Assembly: GCF_009914755.1 (NCBI RefSeq)
Contig: NC_060947.1
Origin: the human T2T-CHM13v2.0 reference genome, Homo sapiens
DNA length: 64,000 nt
Direction: 5' to 3' (one strand)
Positions 56,270-64,000 of the stretch are shown here, piece after piece (position 1 is the stretch's first letter; every line of letters begins with the position of its first letter). A program made the position numbers and the translations under genes. The notes under the pieces were generated by a model. That model was given only the letters and a program-made list of their open reading frames with translations. It was not told the DNA's origin and ran no database searches.

Positions 56270-57982
56270 CTGAAAATTGATTGAGGGGCTGTGACTCTCA
56301 GCTTTTATAATTCAAATTAGTATTTTGTCCACTTGACCTGGAAGTTTCCTGCTTACATAAATTAAGTAGGGATGCAATCGTCTTCCTATGAATTTCACTT
56401 CTACAGAAACTGTGATTAATTAGACAATGCCAGAGCTCTATACGAGTCAAACTATTCTGATTTCTGCTTTTCCCCTGCTGTCTATGATGGTGGCTATGCC
56501 CATCTGGCCTTTGATGGTTGAGCGTCCCCACTTGTCCCCTGCCACCTTAGTATCCAATTATTCCCATTGCATTTAAATTTTGTAGTTAAGTGACTGTGGT
56601 TCCCACTGTTAGATCTGTCATACAGAGAAGAGCAATTCATACAGAGCTCTTCAAAGATGCAGGTGCTGCCTTCACAAATCCATTTCACAAAGCATTGTTC
56701 AAGGATATATCTTCTGGACCCTCCCAGCTGGGATGAGTAGGTCTAAAGTGACTAATCCACTCCTCCATCCCAATTTCTACAAGCCTTTTGATCCCTTCCT
56801 CTACATTAAACCAAGGGAGAAAATCAGGCATTTCCAGCTCGCTCACAGTGGACCATCTTTTAATTTATAATTCAGCTAACAAAGCAAATAAACTATTAGA
56901 ATATTTTTTAACTCCCTGAGGTGCAACATTAAATGCAGAATCCCTACCTAGTGGGCCCAAATCAAAAAAGTCAGCCTGATTCAACTCTATGTTCCTTCCA
57001 CCATTATCCCACACCCTTAATATCCATTCTCATGCCTGTTATCTAGATTCCTGCTTATACAAATTAGAAAACTCAAGCTGTTCTTTTCAAGTGTAGTGTA
57101 CCTCCTCGTGGGTCACACTCTGACCTCACCTCTATGGGCCCACTGGGACTTCAATCTAGTTATAGGTCTAGAAGCACACAAGGGTGTTCGGGGTGGGTAT
57201 TGAGGAGAATCAACATTATCTTGCCTCACAGCTGCCTCAGGAGAGGCCATCACTGTTGCCTCAGTTAGTGCAGGGTTTATCTCCTCAGACAAAGGTGGAA
57301 AGGCTGATGGCAGCATGGGTCTTGGAGGGGATCTTGCCACTACTGGGGATGGGGAAGCTGTTTCTTCTGGCAAAAAGATTCATCGGAGTTTACAAGCTCA
57401 GTGTCCCCAGCTTCATCAGGGTCCTCCCATACATCACCTTTCCAAGTTGCGGGGTCCCATTTTTTACAAATCAATGTCCTCATTTTAACAGTAGACACCA
57501 GGCAAGGCTGTGCATGCACATTTTGTTGCAGGTGAGCCACTTGCATTTTAAGAACCTGTGTCAGATTTTCTACAATTTCAGCTCTTTCTCTACATGAGAT
57601 AAGACTCTTGCTCAGGGCACTCTTAGAAGATTTGAGGCTCAGTATCTACTTCTGAAGATGGGAGTTAGAATCCCTGAGTTCAACATCTTTTTTTCGTCAC
57701 TTTATCCAGTGGACTTAGGAGCAACCAACCAACTTTATTATGTTCTTTGGTTCTCCACATATGGTCAAAAGTATTATGTATAGGGTCATTAAACTCCTTG
57801 CCTCTCACAAGTGGTGAATCTGGAGTGTCTAATGTATTTATTTTGCATAATTCTCTAAACAGTTCATGCCAAGGACTATCAGTGTTCTCCATACTATTAA
57901 AAGTAGAGTCCTTAGCATTTTGAAGTCTAATCACATTAAGCAGCCAACTCCAGAAACCCCAAAACCAATGAAAGAACTCCAT
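56270..57982 (-). pseudogene. HERV-L gag, disrupted
   Basis: Fragments DSPWHELFRELCKI and WDPATWKGDVWEDPDE typical of ERVL gag. Confidence 0.82.
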
Positions 57983-58006
57983 CCTTAATATTCTGTTCCT
58001 CTAGAA

Positions 58007-58021
58007 CCACTCCTGGTACCA
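58007..58021 (-). promoter_or_regulatory. Primer binding site complementary to tRNA-Leu
   Basis: Minus strand TGGTACCAGGAGTGG just inside the 5' LTR; plus strand CCACTCCTGGTACCA matches the recalled tRNA-Leu(UAA) 3' end. Confidence 0.85.
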
Positions 58022-58026
58022 ATATC

Positions 58027-58472
58027 TGTATTAGTCAGGGTTCTCTAGAGGGACAGAACCAATATAATAGATGTATACACAAAGGGGAGTTTATTAATGA
58101 GTATTAACTCACATGATCACAGTGTCCCACAATAGGCCATCTGCAAGCTGAGGAGCAAGGAAGCCAGTACATTTTCCAAAGCTAAAGTACTTGGAGTCTG
58201 ATGTTCAAGGACAGGAAGCATGCAGCATGGGAGAAAGATGTAGGTTGGGAGGCTAAGGTATTCTAGTCTTTTCATGTTCTTCTGCCTGCTTTTTAGTCTG
58301 GCCCTGCTGGCAGCTGATTAGATTATGCCCACCTAGATTAAAGGTGGGTCTGCCTTTCCCAGTCCACTAACTCAAATGTTAATCTCCTTTGGCAACACCA
58401 TCACAAAGACACCCAGGAGCAACACTTTGCATCTTTTAATTCAATCAAGTTCATACTCAGTTATCCATCACA
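58027..58472 (-). promoter_or_regulatory. MLT2A 5' LTR with two DUX4-consensus motifs
   Basis: TGATTAGATTA 58315-58325 and TAATTCAATCA 58437-58447. Confidence 0.75.
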
Positions 58473-61266
58473 ACCAGTGATAACTGTAAAGCAACCACAC
58501 AGACAAGCCTGCACAATAACCAGCTAACATCATGATGGCAGGATCAAAACCACACATATTAATGGTAACCTTGAGTGTTAATGGGCTAACTACCCCATTT
58601 AAAAGGCATAGAGTTGCAAACTGAATAAAATGTAAGACTGAAAGCTATGCTGTCTTTAAGAGATCCATTTCACATTCAATGACACTCATAGTTTCAAAAT
58701 AAAGGGATGGAGGAAAATCTATGAAGCAAATGGAAAACAGAAAAAAGCAGGGGTTGCAATTCTAATTTCAGACAAAGCAGACTTTAAACCAACAAAGATT
58801 TAAAAAAAGACAAAAGAAAACATTACATTATAGTATAGGGTTCAATTCAACAAAAGACCTAACTATCCAAAATATATATGTACCCAACATAGGAGCACCC
58901 AGATTCATAACGCAAATTCTTAGAGACCAACACAGAGATTTAGACTTCCGTACAATAGCAGTGAGAGACTTCAACACTCCACTGACAGTATTAGACAGCT
59001 CATCAAGGCAGAAAATTACGAAGATATTGTATTAGTCAGGGTTCTTCAGGGGGACAGAACTAATAGGATATATGTATATAGTAAAGGGAATTTATTAAGG
59101 AGACTTTACTCACACAATCACAAGGTGAAGTCTCACCATAGGCCACCTGCAAGCTGAGGAGCAAAAAAGCCAGTAGTGGCTTAGTCCAAGTCTGAAAGCC
59201 TCAAAAGCAGGAAAACCAACAGTGCAGACTTCAGTCTGTGGCCAAAGGCTTGAGAACCCTTGGCAAACCACTAGTGCAAGTCCAAGAGTCCAAAAACTGA
59301 AAAACCTGGAGTCTGATGTTTGAATGCAGGAACTATCCAGCACAGGAGAAAGCTGGAAGACTCAGCAAACCAGCTTATTCCACCTTCTTCTGCCTCCTTT
59401 TTCTAGCCATACTGGCAGCCTACTGGATGGTGCCCACCCAGATTGAGGGTGGTCTTCCTCTCCCAGTCCACTGACTCAAATGTTAATCTCTTTTGGCAAC
59501 ACCCTCACAGACACACCCAGAAACAATAGTTTGCATCTATCAATACAGTAAAGTTGACACTTAATATTAATCATCACAGATATTCAGGACCTTAACTCAG
59601 CACTGGATCAATTCGATCTGAAAGACATATACAGAACTCTGTAGTTAAAAAGCGATAGAATGTACATTCTTCTTACCACCACATGACACGTACTCTAAAA
59701 TTAACCACATAATCAGACATAAAACAATCTTCAGCAAATACAAAATCACTGAAATCATACCGAATACACTCTTGGACTGCAGCACAATAAAAATAGAGAG
59801 ATGAAGACAAAAAAAAAATCACTTGAAATCATGCAATTACATGGAAATACAAAAAAAAAAAAAACCTCCTTCTGAATGACTTTTGGGTAAATAAGGAAAT
59901 TAAGGCAGAAATCAAGAAGTTCTTTGAAACCAATGAGAACAATGATAAAACAAACCTGAATCTCTGTGACACAGCTAAGTTAGTGTTAAGAGGAAAATTT
60001 ATAACACTAAATGCCCACATAAAAATGTTAAAAAGATCTCAAGCTAACATCACAACTAAAAGAACTAGAGAAGCAACAAGAAACAAACTCCAAAACTAGC
60101 AGAAGACAATAAATAAGCAGATTCAGAGCTGAACTGAAGAAAATTGAGACATGAAAAACCAATAAAAAGATCAACAAATCCAGGAGTTGATTTTTTGGAA
60201 AAAAATTAATAAGATAGGCCACTAACTAGACTATTAACAAGAAAAGAGAGAACATCCAAATAAATAGAATTAGAAATGACCAAGGGAATGTTACGACTTA
60301 CTCCACTGAAATATTATACAAATAACCATCAGAGACTACTATAAACACCTCTATGTACACAAACTACAAAACCTAGATGAGATGGACAGATTCTTGGACA
60401 CATACACTGTCTCAAGACTGACCCAGGAAGAATTTGATTCCCTGAACAGGCCAATAATGAGCGCCAAAATTGAATCAGTAATAAATAACTTACCAATCAA
60501 AAAAAAAAAAAAAAAAAGGACTAAATGGATTCACAGCCAATTTCTTACAGATGTACAAAGAACAGCTGGTACTATTCCTACTGAAAATATGCCAAAAAAC
60601 TGAGGAGAAGAGACTCTTTCCTAACTCATTCATGAGGCCAGCATCATGCTGATACTAAAACCTGGAGGAGACTCAACAAAAAAATAAAACTTTAGGCAAA
60701 TATTCTTGATGAACAAAGACGCAAAAATTCTCAACAAAATACTAGCAACATGGATCCAGCAGCACACCAAAAAGCTAGTCCACCACAATCGAGTAGGCTT
60801 TATTACTGAGATGCAAAGTTGGTTCAACACATACAAATCAATAAATGTGATTCATCTTATAAACAGAACTAAAACAAAAACCACATAATAATCTCAATAC
60901 ATGCAGAAAATACTTTTGATAAAATTCAACATATTTTCATGTTAAAAACTCTCAACAAACTAGGTATTGAAGGAACATACCTTAAAGTAATAAGATACAT
61001 ATATGGCAAACCCACAGCCAACATTTTCCTGAATAGGCAAATCCTAGAAGCATTCCCCTTGAAAACTGGCACAAGACAAAGATCCTCACTCTCACTACTC
61101 TTATGGAACATAGTACTGCAAGTCATGGACAGTGCAATCAGGCAAGAGAAAGATATAAAGACACCTAATTAGGAAGTCAAACTATCCCTGTTTTCAGATG
61201 ATATCGCTCTATATCTAGAAAACCCCATAGTCTCTGCCCTTAAGCTCCTTGATATAATAAACAACT
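58473..61266 (+). mobile_element. L1 ORF2 (same element as 51893-52815), 3' end missing
   Basis: ORF2 fragments [31 protein letters not shown]. Confidence 0.9.
59028..59578 (-). mobile_element. MLT2A2-like solo LTR inside L1 ORF2
   Basis: tgtattagtcaggg...catcaca; TSD GATAT (59023-59027, 59579-59583). Confidence 0.9.
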
Positions 61267-61747
61267 ACATGAGTAATAGACGTACAAGATTTTAACAGGT
61301 ATATTTTCTTGTCTTTAGTTAATGAAGTAGCATCTTTAAGTTGTTATAAGAACATAATCTCATTTATTTTTACTAAACAACTCATAATTTTCAAACCTGG
61401 AGAAATGCCTTAATTTGTGGAGACAGCTTTAAAAAGTTGCAGCCCTGAGCATTTCCCCCTATATTGAACTTGACACCTCGCTATGTAACCTAAGTTTTTC
61501 CATCATAAAGTATCAAATAATCTATTATTTTCTTCCCTATGGACATGAAAATTGATAAATTTAATCCACATCTACTTCACAAAGTAAATGCCAGAGGAGA
61601 ATGTAAGCCATATAGAAAATAAAATGTTCTAATGTTCATTTTGCTAGATGTTAGAATAGTGAATATACCCATGTACTATCTATGATTCCACCATTTGGAA
61701 AAATATTCAGCAATTTTGATGTCTTAGATGAGATTCATTAAAAACAA

Positions 61748-61958
61748 GCCTGTGTACTAATGCTTTATTCGGGTGCGGCTTGGAATGGGAATATTAATCA
61801 TGCAATTTCAGGGCATCCAGAGTAAGGAAAAGACAGATGACACAAAATAAAATGAGTGTGAAAAAGTCACCAATGGCTTAATGAGGAAACAGCTTTTTGC
61901 TTGATCACACGGGATATCTGAAAATGCCATGGTGAATCATCATGCGTTAAAAGTTTAT
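61748..61958 (-). other. Candidate terminal exon of an unidentified transcript
   Basis: Minus strand: branch-like TTAAC, ctctgcttttctcttacAG acceptor, AATAAA at 61764-61769, GU-rich downstream. Confidence 0.4.
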
Positions 61959-62559
61959 CTGTAAGAGAAAAGCAGAGCCATAGATCGTTAATTCTTCCTC
62001 TTTTCTGTGTTTTGACTCACTGCCCTTCTAGTCACTGGAGATGCCAGATTCCATGCTCTTTGCAGTTTAGCAGCTACATCTAAGTCCAGAAGTGCTGGGA
62101 AGAGCCATCGACTCCAAGGGTTAGATCAGATCAGACTGGTATACTAGGAAGTTACAACAAATGTTATGAGACTTTCTTGGAGTTTAGCCCTCACTTCAAT
62201 GAATCCAAGACAATCAAAATTATTAGGAGATGAGATGACATTGGTAGGATCTGGGGAATCTTCACTATTCAATAACAAAATCCAGGAGAAAAGTAGAGCT
62301 AAGTGGACCTGGGGAGCCACATAATTTGGATTCCACATAGTTTACTTCTTTCACTATTTATATTAACTAGAAATTACCCATAATATCTGGCTCTGATACT
62401 GTAATGTGATATCTCCACTTTTGCACCAACTCACAAAAGATGGTGATAAACAGTGAAAAGATGGTAGTATCAACAGATTGTAAATCCTGTAAATGAATTA
62501 CTACTGTAAATTACAGTGGTAATTATCAAAACTTGGATATTAAGATGAGTGACCTATGA

Positions 62560-63960
62560 CACAATAAGATGAAAAAACTGAAACACGATAGAAGAAACAT
62601 TTAGTAGGTCAATGTAATAATTCGGGTAAAATATGATGGGAGTTTTGGCCAGGATAGGTAGAAGGTGATGAGAAGTAGCCAGATTCTCAGATTCTAAAGA
62701 CATTTTGAAGTAGAGCCTAGCTGAGTTTGGCTGATGAAATGGATAAGAGATGTAAGGGAAAGAGGTGAGTAAATAATAAATCTAAGATTTGTAATTGTCA
62801 TTTACTTAAATGGTAAATAATACAGGAGCAACTTTTGGAAAGGAGAAATCAGGAGATTTTGGGGGTATGTTAATACTGAGATGCCTGGAGATCCAAGAGG
62901 GAATGCTGAGAAGACAATGGGATGTATGAGTCTTGAATTCAGGGTAGAAGTTTATACTGGAGATAATAAATGTTGTTGCCATTGGCATAGAGATGTAATT
63001 TAAAGCCACAACATAGGTTAATACCATCTAGACATGATGGTGGGTAGATAAAGAATGTTATTAAGGCCTAGGTCACTCTAATTATTAAGGTCAGAGAAAT
63101 GGGGAGGAAACCTTAAAAGCAATTATGCACAAAAAAAACAGAAATCAGAATAAAAAATAATATAGAATAACGTTGTTCTGGAATTAAAATGGAAAAAAAA
63201 TAAATATTTCAAGTTGATGGAAATCATCACCAGTGTCAAATACATAGTATGTCAAGATGGGAACTGAAAGTTAACCATTTCATTTAGGAACATGAATGTC
63301 ATTGATGAACTTGACAATGGTTTTAATGCAAATGTGGATATGAAGTTCTGAGTAGAGTGTATTTAAGGAAAAATTGGAAGAAAGGAAGAGGAGACAGTCT
63401 GTATAGACATTTCTTGTCAGGCATCTGAGCCCAAGATAAGCCATCATATCCCCTGTGACCTGCATATATACATCCAGATGGCCTGAAGCAACTGAAGAAT
63501 CACAAAAGAAGTGAAAATAGTCAGTTCCTGCCTTAACTGTTGACACTCCACCATTGTGATTTGTTCCTGCCCCACCCTAACTGATCAATTAACCTTGTGA
63601 CATTCCTTCTCCTAGACAATGAGTCTCAGAACCTCCTCACTGAACACCTTGTAACCCCTGCCTCTGCCTGCAAGAAAATAACCTCCTTTAACTATAATTT
63701 TCCACTACCTACCCAAATCCTATAAAACTGCCCCACCCCTATCTCCCTTTGCTGACTCCTTTTTTGGACTCAGTCCGCCTTCACCCAGGTGATTAAAAAG
63801 CTTTATTGCTCACACAGAGCCTGTTTGGTGGTCTCTTCGCATGGATGCACATGACATTTCTGTTAAGGAATTTTGCTTTAGTAGAAAGCAAATTCTGGTA
63901 GCTGGAAAAGTGTGGCATTAAATGGGGGTAAATATTATTTTTTATGATTGAAAATAGAAC
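62560..63960 (-). mobile_element. LINE-2 remnant, interrupted by LTR7C
   Basis: ORF 62806..63027 - PEFKTHTSHCLLSIPSWISRHL resembles the L2 RT C-terminal region. Confidence 0.75.
63415..63856 (+). mobile_element. HERV-H solo LTR (LTR7C-like)
   Basis: TGTCAGGC...CATGACA; TATAAAA and ATTAAA; TSD TTTCT (63410-63414, 63857-63861). Confidence 0.92.
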
Positions 63961-64000
63961 ATGCTTGAGTGTTAATACAAATAACCTGACAGAAAATGAA

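Larger units (their letters stand above)
52823..58472 (-). mobile_element. HERV-L provirus (MLT2A LTRs), 3' LTR mostly deleted
   Basis: TSD ACCAG (52818-52822, 58473-58477); 5' LTR 58027-58472; 3' LTR remnant 52823-52889; gag, pro, pol, dUTPase remnants; no env. Confidence 0.95.

Noticed and set aside
58027-59578. Two adjacent MLT2A LTRs as one element
   Set aside because: Each has its own TSD and the sequence between them is L1 ORF2
49464-63856. LTR7 pair as one HERV-H provirus
   Set aside because: Different U3 structure, separate TSDs, no HERV-H internal sequence between them

Overview
Primate (human-like) AT-rich genomic DNA, mostly nested retrotransposons. I find no supportable host protein-coding gene, RNA gene or CRISPR array; the listed ORFs are decayed L1/ERV fragments or chance ORFs. 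Main elements: a young L1PA fragment; a two-LTR LOR1-like ERV1 provirus (6148-14622, TSD AAAC) carrying an inverted L1PA and an LTR27/28-like LTR; a near full-length L1MA; a 5'-intact L1PA with a THE1 insert; old L1MC/ME remnants; six Alus; an inverted L1MA holding a complete MSTA element; solo LTR7B, LTR7C, LTR18 and MLT2 LTRs; and a HERV-L provirus (gag-pro-pol-dUTPase, tRNA-Leu PBS, TSD ACCAG) inserted at the inversion junction of a third L1. The most notable observations are consensus DUX4 motifs in the HERV-L, MSTA and THE1 LTRs near two LTR7s, a candidate minus-strand terminal exon at about 61.75-61.96 kb, a 104-bp templated insertion copied from 6.5 kb away, and several template-switch (hairpin) scars. 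Repeat subfamily names come from recalled consensus sequences and were not confirmed by a search.
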